A stretch of DNA of 64,000 bases from positions 31,519,479-31,583,478 of the forward strand of contig NC_057718.1 of the NCBI RefSeq assembly GCF_004010195.1, written 5' to 3'. Each line of letters opens with the position of its first letter. Position 1 is the first letter of the stretch. Made by a program: the position numbers and the translations under genes. Origin of the DNA: Chiloscyllium plagiosum. Lineage: Eukaryota. Below the pieces are notes generated by a model. It saw only the letters and a program-made list of their open reading frames with translations, searched no databases and had not been told where the DNA came from. Below, piece by piece: positions 23,941 through 36,539 of this stretch.

Positions 23941-26575
23941 TACGAGCTCCATGGTAATAGCCCTTAATCTCTAGTCTGTCACAATCTGTACAGAAAAGGA
24001 TAATCCCAATATATGACTTTAAAAATTGGGCCTGAACACCTTGGTCTAATCACAGCCCAACCTTTCACTCCACTTCACTTAAAATCAATAAGCAGAAAAT
24101 TCAACTTCAACGAAAGGACAGGCATTATTGGACCTGTGACAAACTGCATAAATTTCTTTCCATCAGCTACAATAGAAAGGGAACGCATGTGGGATGCAAA
24201 ACTGAAGGTTCATTGGCAATACGACAAAAATTTTGCCCTGCACAAAATTCTTGTCAACTTTTTCAATCAAAGTAAATAATAAGAAGTGCCTATATAAATT
24301 TCTCAGCCAGGGCTGAATTATACCTTTCGTTCCATTCTAATTATTCCCTGCCCTCTCACATTTCTTCAGCTGAAGACTGTACTTGGCTTTGGTTCCAATG
24401 CACAACACCATAGATATCAATTAATACCTAGGGAAGGAAAGGATAGGGTATAGGAAAGGATATAGGAAAGGAAAAATCTCTTTGTAAAAAAATCTACAAC
24501 CACAAAAAATTCCCAAAACACTGATAATAGTCTTAAAATGCTGTGTAATAAATATAGAATATGACTTACTTAGTCCTCAGAAATCTGATAATACTTTGTG
24601 TGTTAAACTTACCATCCACCAAACTATAAGCAGCATCACATGGGATTTGCTACCAATATATTAAAAATTTTCTATATAGCATTCACATCTTATGTTACAG
24701 AAACTTCCTGTACACTTTTTGCAGAGTATTTGCCTCACAATATATGTAACGCTTGCCTGCTGTGTTTAGATGTCTAATCATTTACTATATTATTTTTCAA
24801 TTTATCCTCCCTGTTCCATCTCCAAGGTAGGCAGCAATATTCCCCACAGCACTACTTACCTTACAACTAAAATTTGGCTTGTCATCTGATAGTTTCCCTT
24901 TTCCTCAAGCTATTCCACTGCTCTGATCTCAGAACCATCCTTCCCTTGTTACTATTCTCACGCTACCTTTTCTCGACTCTGCACTGGGCTGTTCAATCGT
25001 CCCAAGCTGGTCTGATAGTCTGTTCCTTCCTCCTGAATCTTTGATCCCATACCACAGACAGAAAGTCACATTTCTGATTATGACTGGAAATTGGTTTGAA
25101 GGTGTTTAAGTGTCTCCTTTCCTATTAATGTCATAAAAGTGTAGTAGCTCTTCATTCCTGACTATTAGCTCTTGCCAACCACGCCCCATGGGCTAATATA
25201 TAAACAGAAAAATGGAAATACTCAGTTAGTCAGGCAATTCTAATGAAAAATCTTCAACCTGAAATGTTACCTCTGTATCTCTCTTCCCAGGTGCTGTTAG
25301 ACCTGCTGAGTTTTCCCAGCATTTTTGTTTTTGTTTTTATTTCAGATTTTCTGAATCCACAGGATTGTCCCAGTTTCTCTTGTCATTTCTAACCTTCTGC
25401 AGGCATCAATGATCTTAGATCTACTTGTCATTCTGATCTTCTCCTGACAAGAATCCTTTAGTTTGTAATCCAGGCCTTGAATTTCTGGTTATCACTGCAC
25501 TGCTGCAAAATCAGAATGTTTCAGAAGAAATTATAGCCCACACAGTCAGAAGTGTCAGTATGAAGTTCTCTTCAATGCTGTCAATTTTCAGCGGTATCCT
25601 GTCCTAAATGTTTGTAGGCAGCCCCCAGACCATATTCCCACACCATATCACTGCCAAGTTATAGAAATCTCCTATTTGGAATTCCCAACATAACTTTCCT
25701 TGCATTCTCAGATGCAAGCCAACTCCTCTAATTGTTTTGAGTTCTCTTTTTGCCCAATATTTCCTCACTTAAGATAAAACAAACTCCTCCTACACTCACC
25801 AAAATATAAGCACACAGACATGCACATGCACACACACTCCAGACATAACTTGTTGGCAATCTGAAAGGAGACACCCATCAGGATTCCTCTCTCTTCTCCC
25901 CCTCAGGGCCACTGCAGCTCCATGTCATGGTCCTACTGCCATCCTGGCTGAGGTCAGCTTCTCAAGTTAGACTCCCTTAAATGAATAACATATTTTGTGT
26001 ATAAACGCATTACTTAATGTTTACAGAGCTCCAGTTGGACTATTTAATTATATTTTTAGACAGTAATTTTAAGTATGGCTGTAAGAGTGCACTGGTAATT
26101 ATAAATAGGTCATACTACACAGATATTTTCACACCTGCATGGGTATATTAACAGCTGCACTGTCACTAAGTAACCCCTTATTTACTAGTATAAAGTACAC
26201 TGACTGTGGCCAGCCAACTCAGAGTCAGTCCTCAACTGAGGAGATTCTAATTGTCTGGTTATTTTTTTTTTCTTTAACCCCTGACACTCCAGTTTTTTTT
26301 CCCTTTTTTAAAAAATTTATTTCCTTAGGATGTCTGACACTCCTTTTTTTTTCAAATTTCCCCCCACACTACCACCTAAAACCAGTAGTGCTTATATTTG
26401 TCAACCAAATCTTTCCTGATTGGCCCAGGTTAACAATCCCAATCAAGAACCTCACAGTTAACCTGGCTCGAATCACTGCAGTCACCCAGACTGTTTCATT
26501 TCTGTGCTTTGGAATTCATACAAAATAGGATCTAAAATATCAGATTTCACTCTTGTGATGCTTAATTATTTACTA

Positions 26576-27423
26576 GGGGAGAAAGTGAGGTCTGCAGATG
26601 CTGGCGATCAGAGCTGAAAATGTGTTGCTGGAAAAGCGCAGCAGGTCAGGCAGCATCTAGGGAACAGGAGAATCGATGTTTCGGGCATAAGCCCTTCTTC
26701 AGGAATGAGGAAAGTTTGTCCAGCAGGCTAAGATAAAATGTAGGGAGGAGGGACTTGGGGGAGGGGCGTCGGAAATGCGATAGGTGGAAAGAGGTCAAGG
26801 TGAGGGTGATAGGTCAGACTGGGGTGGGGGCGGAGAGGTCAGGAAGAAGATTGCAGGTTAGGAAGGCGGTGCTGANNNNNNNNNNNNNNNNNNNNNNNNN
26901 NGTGTCCCAGAGGTGTTCTCTGAAGTGCTCCGCAAGTAGGCGGCCTGTCTCCCCAATATAGAGGAGGCCACATCGGGTGCAGACGGTGCAATAGATGATG
27001 TGTGTGGAGGTGCAGGTGAATTTGTGGCGGATATGGAAGTTTCCTTTGGGGCCTTGGGGGGAGGTGTGGGCGCAAGTCTTGCACCTCCTGCGGTTGCAGG
27101 GGAAGGTGCGGGGAGTGGAGGTTGGGTTGGTGGGGGGTGTGGATCTGACGAGGGGGTCACGGAGGGAGTGGTCTTTACGGAATGCTGATAGGGGAGGGGA
27201 GGGAAATATATCCTTGGTGGTGGGGTCCGTTTGGAGGTGGCGGAAATGACGGCGGATGATACGTTGTACATGGAGATTGGTGGGGTGGTAGGTGAGGACC
27301 AGTGGGGTTCTGTCCTGGTGGCGGTTGGAGGGGCGGGGCTCAAGGGCGGAGGAGCGGGAAGTGGAAGAGATGCGGTGGAGGGCATCGTTGACCACGTCGG
27401 GGGGGAAATTGCGGTCCTTGAAG
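26576..27423 (-). mobile_element. Penelope-like retroelement (Neptune-type), GIY-YIG region and pLTR
   Basis: PLVLTYHP..FPCNRRRCKTC..FTCTSTHIIYCTVCTRCGLLYIGETGRLLAEHFREHL; 12-bp TSD aattatttacta at 26564-26575 and 27424-27435. Confidence 0.93.
26672..26706 (-). ncRNA. Minimal hammerhead ribozyme motif in PLE pLTR
   Basis: CUGAAGA-A-GGGC-uuau-GCCC-GAAAC-AUC; stem I weak. Confidence 0.6.
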
Positions 27424-27944
27424 AATTATTTACTACCCTTTCTTCCTTCTACTTCTGTGCATAGTTTGTATGACACCACTTTACTCCAGACAATATATAG
27501 CATGTTTTTTTAAGTCAAACCTTCCACTTGAGGTGACCCAATGTTGCATCATATCTTGCAACACATGATATTTGACAAAAACATGAAGATTTGGAACAGC
27601 CGAATTCCTGAAGCAATGCCTGCTACAATTTCTCATCAGTTACCTGACAAGGAATCTAGCTACACATGAAATATTAGCTTCACAAATTCTTCAATCACAA
27701 TTTAGCATATGGTTTCTCTGCTTGCAATTATGCAAATACTAGCCTCGAGTAAATGTATTGGAAATATTTTATGCTTGCTTTTGATATAGTCACCTCTTGA
27801 TGACATTTTCTCCTATTTCAGTTTGAGTTCTATTGTGGCCAGTAACCCAAACTGTCTAAAATCACAAACTGGGCTATGTTTGGTTAGAGGTTTGTCCAAC
27901 TGCGAGATATCATTCACAAGACAGATCCCACATTCCTATAACAT

Positions 27945-29672
27945 CCAAATACAAATATCCATATTACAGAGGAGGAAGTGCTGGATGTCTTGGAAAGCAT
28001 AAAGGTGGATAAATCTCCAGGACCTGATCAGGTGTACCCTAGAACTATGTGGGAAGCTAGAGAAGTGATTGCTGGGCCTCTTGCTGAGATATTTGTATCA
28101 TCAGTAGTCACAGGTGAGATGCCGGAAGACTGGAGGTTCGTTAACATGGTGCCACTGTTAAAGAAGGGTGGTAAGGACAAGCCAGGGAACTACAGACCAG
28201 TGACCCTGATGTCGGTGGTGGGCAAGTTGTTGGAGGGAATCCTGAGAGACAGGACGTACATGTATTTGGAAAAGCAAGGACTGATTAGGGATAGTCAACA
28301 TGGCTTTATGCGTAGGAAATCGTGTCTCACAAACTTGATTGAATTTTTTGAAGAAGTAACAAAGAGGATTGATGAAGTCAGAGCGGTAGATGTGATCTAT
28401 ATGGACTTCAGTAAGGCGTTCGAAAAGGTTCCCCCTGGGAGACTGATTAGCAAGATTAGATCTCACAGAATATAGGGAGAACTAGCCATTTGGATACAGA
28501 ACTGGCTCAAAGGTAGAAGACAGAGGTTGATGGTGGAGCGTTGAGACTGGAGGCCTGTGACCAGTGGAGTGCCACAAGGATCGGTGCTGAGTCTTCTACT
28601 TTTTGTCATTTACATAAATGATTTGGATGCGAGCATAAGAAGTACAGTTAGTAAGTTTGCAGATGACACCAAAATTGGAGGTGTAGTGGACAGTGAAGAG
28701 GGTTACCTCAGATTACAACAGGATCTTGACCAGATGGGCCAATGGGCTGAGAAGTGGCAGATGGAGTTTAATTCAGATAAATGCGAGGTGCTGCATTTTG
28801 GGAAAGCAAATCTTAGCAGGANNNNNNNNNNNNNNNNNNNNNNNNNNNNNNNNNNNNNNNNNNNNNNNNNNNNNNNNNNNNNNNNNNNNNNNNNNNNNNN
28901 NNNNNNNNNNNNNNNNNNNNNNNNNNNNNNNNNNNNNNNNNNNNNNNNNNNNNNNNNNNNNNNNNNNNNNNNNNNNNNNNNNNNNNNNNNNNNNNNNNNN
29001 NNNNNNNNNNNNNNNNNNNNNNNNNNNNNNNNNNNNNNNNNNNNNNNNNNNNNNNNNNNNNNNNNNNNNNNNNNNNNNNNNNNNNNNNNNNNNNNNNNNN
29101 NNNNNNNNNNNNNNNNNNNNNNNNNNNNNNNNNNNNNNNNNNNNNNNNNNNNNNNNNNNNNNNNNNNNNNNNNNNNNNNNNNNNNNNAAGGGTTCAGAAA
29201 AGATTTACAAGGATGTTGCCAGGGTTGGAGGATTTGAGCTATAGGGAGAGGCTGAACAGGCTGGGACTGTTTTCCCTGGAGTGTCAGAGGCTGAGGGGTG
29301 ACCATATAGAGGTTTATAAAATCATGAGGGGCATGGATAGGATAAATAGACAAAGTCTTTTCCCTGATGTCGGGGAATCCAGAACTAGAGAGCATAGGTT
29401 TAGGGTGAGAGGGGAAAGACATAAAAGAGATCTAAGGGGCAACTTTTTCACACAGAGGGTGGTACGTGATGGAATGAGCTGCCAGAGGAAGTGGTGGAGA
29501 CTGGTACAATTGCAACATTTAAGAGGCATTTGGATGGGTATATGAATAGGAAGGGTTTGGAGGGATATGGGCCAGGTGTTGGCAGATGGGACTAGATTGG
29601 TCAGCATAGACGGGTTGGACCGAAGGGTTTGTTTCCATGCTGTATGTCTCTATGACTCCATGACTCTATGAC
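27945..29672 (+). mobile_element. 5'-truncated CR1 LINE (HER1-like), RT to 3' tail
   Basis: [31 protein letters not shown]; (ctatgact)n tail. Confidence 0.95.
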
Positions 29673-30294
29673 CCAGACCTTCCAGCAGAGGTCATTAGAT
29701 AGTGATTAGGAACACCTTTAGATTCTTTTACTTTGCCTTGACATTGCAGCAGCCTGTACCCCTGATGTCAGCCAGCACTGGAACATTGGATGCTTCCAAT
29801 CTTTAATGTTCAGTACCTCATCAGGACGTACACACTAATCCATCCATAATGCCATCCTTTGTCAGATGGGAAACCCAGATGTGAAGTGGCAGTTTTGTCT
29901 GAAATCCTACTTTCTTCATGGCTTTCATGTAACAGATGATGTGTCGCATCACAAACACTGACCCATGCATTTTGACCAGCCGAGGGGATATTTTGCCTTT
30001 TTTCCAATAGTAATCAACCAAAACTCCCATCTACCATTAATGAGCTCCACTCTTATGATCCACCAATTACATTCCTACTTCACTTATCCCAGCGTCACAG
30101 GAATCATAAAGCCGCAGAGAATATTTAATCACATCAGTCTATGCCATTCATTGAAGCTACATTAATGGCCTCATGCTCTCATTATTTCCCTGCTGTACTT
30201 TAACCCTTAAATTTCAAATCAGACTTTCAAAAGTGTTGATTCACTTAAAAAGTATTTGGTTTACTATTTTTGATACACGTTTTCTTGGAAGGAA

Positions 30295-30862
30295 ATAGGG
30301 ATTGAATTCAAGAGTCGTGAAGTGATGTTGCAACTGTACAGGACTTTGGTTAGGCCACATTTGGAGTACTGTGTGCAGTTCTGGTCGCCTCACTTTAGGA
30401 AAGATGTGGAAGCTTTGGAGAGGGTGCAGAGAAGATTTACCAAGATTTGCCTGGAATGGAGAATAGGGTCGGACGAGGATAGGTTGAGAGTGCTAGGCCT
30501 TTTCTCATTGGAACGGCGAAGGATGAGGGGTGACTTGATAGAGGTTTATAAGATGATCAAAGGAATAGATAGAGTAGACAGTCAGAAACTGCTTCCCCGG
30601 GTACAACAGAGTGTTACAAGGGGACATAAATTTAAGGTGAAGGGTGGAAGGTATAGGGGAGATGTCAGGGGAAGGTTCTTTACCCAGAGAGTGGTGGGGG
30701 CATGGAATGCGCTGCCTGTGGGAGTGGTAGAGTCAGAATCTTTGGTGACCTTTAAGTGGCAATTGGATAGGTACATGGATGGGTGCTTAAGCTAGGACAA
30801 ATGTTCGGCACAACATCGTGGGCCGAAGGGCCTGTTCTGTGCTGTATTGTTCTATGTTCTAT
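30295..30862 (+). mobile_element. 5'-truncated CR1, same subfamily as 7520-11432
   Basis: LVRPHLEYCVQFWSP..RRRMRGDLIEVYK; 3' end nearly identical to 11318-11432. Confidence 0.95.
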
Positions 30863-31299
30863 GATAGGAAAATGGACCTGGAGCTCTGTTCCATTGGAGT
30901 AAAGTGCAGTGAAATTGAATCTCAGAATCAGAATTCCCATCACAAAATCCAAGGAAAGGCTTATTGACATAGCTGGAGTAGGCTTGCAAAGGTGTGTTTG
31001 CCATATCACCTTAGCCTGATCCAATCAGCTCTTTGAAAGTAAAGTGAAATCATCACTGAACTATATGAGACAAATAATTTTCTTTAAAACTTTGCCACAC
31101 CAAATAGGGAGCGTAATATCTGACCACTTCATTCTAATTTAATGTCTAGAGCCTTTAAAAGGCTTCAAAATTAGTCACATCAGGTTGCCTGTGATGTAAT
31201 TTCTACTGTGCCTTTGAAGAGTGTTGGAGGAGGAATAGTCCAAGGAAGTCCATGAAATCTATCCTTAACATGAGATTGACAAAGGCCAAAGATTAGCCA

Positions 31300-33178
31300 T
31301 AACTAGATGGAAGAAAAATAAGGTACTAAATTGGTTCAGGGTAAGACGAGATGTAATAAAACCAAAAGTATGGTTACAGCATATGTTCATGTAATATGGG
31401 GAGAGTGTAAAATAGGGTTAGCAAGTTGCAGATGCAAATAACTGTGTGAAAAAATGATCATATTATAGTAAGAGAGACATGACCTAGTACTAGGTATTAA
31501 GTATTTTAGGATACAAAGTATTCAGGAAATGGAGGAAAGGAAAAGAAGAGAGTGGAGTGGCAATTTTAATTCAGAGCAAACCAGTGCATTACAGGACTTA
31601 GGAATGAGGTAAGTGGATCAGGTGGCAGTAAGGGAACACTTAAGGAACAATGATCATTGTATTTATTGTAAGATTTAGGTTGACTATGGAAAGGACAAGG
31701 AGCAATCCCGAGTAAGAATAATTAACTGAGGGATGTTAACTTCAATGTGGCTAAGACTGTATCTGGTCTAGATAAATTGTATTCAAAGATTAACAGGCAA
31801 CTCATCAGTTGGCTGAATTTAAGCAAGAGATAGTTCAAGCACAGTCAAAGTTCATTCCCACAAAAGAGAAAGGTAGGACAAACAAATTCAGAGCTCCCTA
31901 GATAATGAAACAGGTACATATTAAGATGAAACAGAACAACTGTGCTTATGACAGATGTCAGATGGGTAATATATGTTATGATCCTAGACCAGACCACCAC
32001 ATTTATATTACAATCTGGCTGGGGCTAAGCAAGCCTTTTTAAAGTAAACAAAAGTGTGAGATTTCAGGTATTTATGAAGAGAATAAAACCACAAGCTTCC
32101 ATGGGGGCTTTGAACAAGCAACACTACACTTTACTGTACAAAATTAGAACTGTAATACAACCTACAATATACATGTATAAATTACATTCTAACATCCAAA
32201 TGGAATTAACCTGAGGTAAAAATGGTAGCAGACACACTGTGGTATACTCACACAGGGTATAACAAATTACAAATGTAGAAGACAGATCCCATGGATTTCT
32301 CAGTAACCCCTCAGGCATTAGCAATACCACAGTTTCATTAAACTTACAAGGGACTCCAATTTCTTGCTACCATGAAAACACCCTTAAAAGCAACTCCATC
32401 ATGGACTGCCTCAAGGACTGCTCATGTTCTGGTAGCTCACTCTCCCAGCTGGGAGAGCAATGCCCTTGATTCTGGAAACTGTATTTCAGAAGCTATCTCA
32501 CAGGTATATTTCAGTTTACCTATAGACAGCTAATTTCACTAAGCTGGTACATCTCCTGCACTTCTCGGAATTCTAACTGCTGAGTTGCACAGAACAAATG
32601 CTGCTTGTGGACTTGCTTCATCCTTGCACTGAACTATTAATGGCACGCATTTTCTGAGCATCATGGCTCCCAGGGCCGTTATCCTGGACTCTAACTTTAA
32701 CATTTAGCTGCGTGCCCTGGATCCTCAGAATTCTCTTCTGTCCTAACCTTAGACCTGTCACAGCAGCACATTGTGAGGAGACAGTCTCTTCTCCTAGCTC
32801 CAAAGCACCTGACTGACTGGTAACCTGAAGGTAGCAACCTTCCCTTCTGATTGCTTCCCTCTAACTGCCTAAAATTGATTGTTCAGTAACTATTGAACTG
32901 TACTAAGTGACTTATTGATAACTCCAAAACATGCCCTGCCCCTATTTGCTGGACAGGATTGATTTTAGCAAGACAACAGTCAGTTGTAGCAACTTCTTGG
33001 AACTGCATGATCCCAGATTGTTCCACTTCGCGGATTGCTGACTCCTACATCAATCAAGTGGATGCACACAAAAAAAATTAATCATAAACACAATTCAGAA
33101 CCTAGCTGAATATAGAAGGTACAGAGAGGGATTGAAAAACCAAATAAGAAATGTGAAGAGACGGTATGAGAAGTGGCG
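31300..33178 (+). mobile_element. Old CR1 ORF2 N-terminal remnant, split by an insertion at 31974-33090
   Basis: Reading ..AYDRCQMGN| resumes after the insert as ..EYRRYREGLKNQIRNVKRRYEK. Confidence 0.55.
31974..33090. mobile_element. Probable solo LTR (~1.1 kb)
   Basis: Starts TGTTATGAT, ends ATCATAAACA (imperfect inverted TG..CA termini); interrupts a colinear CR1; no coding capacity; TSD not clear. Confidence 0.45.
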
Positions 33179-34029
33179 GATGTTGTCAATAGCTAATATT
33201 GTAATTTGTATACCTTAGGCGAATGACTTTTAGTTTGTAGATTTCATATTTTTTTTAATATAGGATAAAAGGAAAAACCTAGGTTTAAGACACTGGAAAA
33301 CACAGGTAATTACGAATCAAAGGATGGTCCATATTTACTTAAAGCAGTTGGATCTTAGAACAACAAACAACAGGTGATCTTTTCTTAGCTTTGTAATGGA
33401 ACCGGTGAGTCTGGTAAGATTGTAGTTGTTCCAATAGAGAGATAAATTATACCTATGTGTGGTAAAATCAAAAGGATATTTTAAAAAGTAAAGTTAATTA
33501 ATTTAATCACTTTCCAGGCCATCTAAGGTATGCCACAATTCTATGGAAATAAGAGTGTAGGGAGGTACCCTTTGGTTTTGAGTTTCTCTGTGATATTCTC
33601 AAAGAGAGAGGTAGTCAGCGTGGGACGAGCTTTGAGACAGGCAGTGAAAGATTAATCAGGAGATATTGTGGACTAGAAGTAAAGCGTTCTCAGAAAAAAA
33701 AGGACATAGAATTAGCTGAAAGAATGAAGGTCATGTTTGAGGTCCAGTGTTCTCAACTGTAAGATTTGGAAGAGGATGAAGGGTACCCTAGCCAGATACT
33801 AGTGGAAGGACTCCTAGAAATCTCATACCTCAGAGAATAGCAGAAACACTGAGGAGAGTCAAAGTGAATTTTTGAAAGCTGTTTGATCCCAGGAGAAGTG
33901 AAGGGATACCCAAGACCCTTTTAAGTTTTAAAGGAACTCTTAAATGGAAATTGACACAAATCAGCGAATGTCTTGTTGAGATCTTTCCACTTTAAGGGAT
34001 GGAATGTTAAATTAGTAGTATCTAAATTT

Positions 34030-35820
34030 GATAAGACACTGAGACAGGATGAGAAGATGCATTGAAGGAATATAAGATGAATGTGCAGAGACACTGACCA
34101 TTATCTCCTGATATTTCTTAGTCTCAGAAGTCGTGTCAGAGGATAGAGAGTTACACATGTTGCATCTTTGTTCAAAAAATGTGTTAAGTTCAGCAACTAC
34201 ACAGCAATTAGTTTAAGCTCAGTTGTGGGAAAGCTCCTAGAAATGATAATTTGGGGCAAAGTTAAGAGACACTTCAGCAAATGTGGATTTATTAAGAAAG
34301 CCACCATGGATTTGTGTGGCAAACTGTGGAGAACTAATATGTTTGAATTTTCTGATGAAGTAGTGTTGAAGGTGACAAGGCAATTATCACGATGTGGAAT
34401 ACCTGGACTTCCAAACGGCATTTAATAAAGTGCCACTCAATAGTAGTGTGAAAAGTTTCGAGCCCATGGAATAAAAGGGACAATAAAAATGTTAATACTA
34501 AAATGGCTGAGTGACAGAAAACAAGGAGTAGCAATGAATCAAAAATAGAAATTGCTGGAGGAACTCAGCAGGTCTGGCAGCATCTGTGGAGAGAAAGCAG
34601 AGTTAATGTTTTAGGTCCAGAACTAAGTGGCGATTAATTTTTTTTTCAGTCTGGACTAAGGTTATGACAGAGATTCCCAGGAATCAGAATTTTGGAATCC
34701 TGCTCTTCTTAATATGTATTAATAACTTATACCTTGTTGAACAGAGAACAGTTTCAAAATTTGCAGAGGATAAAAAAATTAGAAACATTATAAATCATGA
34801 GAAGAATAATGTAGAAGTTCAAAAACAGACAGCTGGGCTGGTAGAATAGGAAACAAGCGGCAGATAAAATTTAATGCAACAAAATATGAAGTGATTCATT
34901 TTGGTAACAAACAATGCAGTGACAATATAAAATAAATGCTGCAATTTCAAAGAGAGTTCAATAGCATAAAGACCTGCATGTGTGTGTCCATAGTCATTGG
35001 AAGTGGCAGGACAGGTTGAAAACAAGAGTAATGAAGTGAATGGCACCCTGGATTTTACCAAAATGTGCATGGAGTACAAAAGCAAAGAAGTTTTGTTAAA
35101 CCTATACAAATCCGTACTCGGATTGGAAAAGTTAACTGGAGTACCGGAGTATTCCGTCCAGTTCTGGACACTACACTTCAGAAAGGGTGCGGAAACATTA
35201 TAGAGGGCACAGAAATAAGCAGTAGTGGCTACAGGAATGTGAAACCTTTGTTTGTTAGAAAAATCAGAAAAATTGGTGCAGTTCACTTTGGAGAAAAAGA
35301 AATTTGAGATAAGATATGATAAAGGTAATCAAAATCATGAAGGAGACAGAATAGATAGAGACTGAGAAACTGCTTAGTTTGGTGAAAGGATCAAGAACTA
35401 GAGGATGCAGATTTAAGGTTTAAAAAAACCCAAAGAACTGCGGATGCTGGAAATCAGAAACAAAAACAGAAGTTCCTAAAGAAGGGTCACTGAACCTAAA
35501 ATGTTAACTCTGCTGTCTCTTCACAGACGCTACCAGACCTGCTGAGATTTTATAGATTTAAGGTAATTGGCAAAAGAAGCAATGATGACATGAAAGAAAA
35601 CATTTCTGCACAGCATGTGGTTAGGTCTGGAATGAGTGTGTGCTGGTGGATATGCAGTCAGTCAAGGCTTTCAAAAGGGAATGAGACCTATACCTGGAAA
35701 GGGAAAACATGCACCATTACAGGGGAAAGGCAGGGGAATATCACAAGCTGAATTGCTCTTCCAGAAGGCCAGTACAGAAATGACAGGCCTAATTACTTTA
35801 ATCAAACCATTCTTTGATTA
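34030..35820 (+). mobile_element. Decayed CR1 ORF2 with two nested short PLE-derived inserts (34538-34620, 35420-35553)
   Basis: NYTAISLSSVVGKLLE, SKFAED, EYSVQFW motifs; insert 35420-35553 flanked by TSD agatttaaggt (35409-35419, 35554-35564). Confidence 0.8.
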
Positions 35821-36539
35821 TCTCTGAAGTCTATAAAATATGGCAAGTGAAAGCATTTTGTACCCCCATTGGCATTGTAACTTAAACCTGTGAACACACC
35901 CAACATTCTGTCCATGGAAGAAAAGTCGAAGTATAGGGAAGACTGATGGGAAAATATAATATTGAAATCACAAATGCTTTGAGTTGCCTTTTCTTTCTGC
36001 ATACTGTATTGTGTGAATGCAAACTGGGGCAGAAATGGATGGAAAAAGATCACGGGATTCAAATGTAAATGGGGAACATCCAAATCTACTTAATATTTGT
36101 GTTTTGTTACAAATGGAAGGTTGTATAAGATTGTAATGTTTTATCACTGAATGTTAATTCAGGATAAAATGACAAAGTTACGAAAGGTCTTGTGAGCTTT
36201 TCTGTATTTTGCTGACATCAAATTTGAGTAACTTGTATTAAAGACAAAAGGGCACCCAGTTTATTTTAAAATGGGAAGAAGTGTTTATGTTTATAGATAA
36301 GCCCCAGGGATGTGTTACTATTAGCTGGTCGTAAATGCTAATGCTTTCAATTTATTTCCAAGATAGGAAAAGTTGGGGTCTAAAAATATCTAAACTGCAT
36401 TTCGACATGTGATTCACATTATCTTAATGTTAAGATCAGATACCAAGTGAGATTCCCCAAAATAAAACAAAGAACTGGGAAAGTTCTATAGGGATGATCA
36501 GCCAGCTGACCATGGCATCATGGTGCAGAAGGTCATTCA

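Noticed and set aside
26139..26528. 129-aa ORF
   Set aside because: Low-complexity T-rich, repeat-like sequence with no recognisable domain
29810..30165. Overlapping 65-69 aa ORFs in unique DNA
   Set aside because: No recognisable homology or convincing splice-site pair; lengths expected by chance
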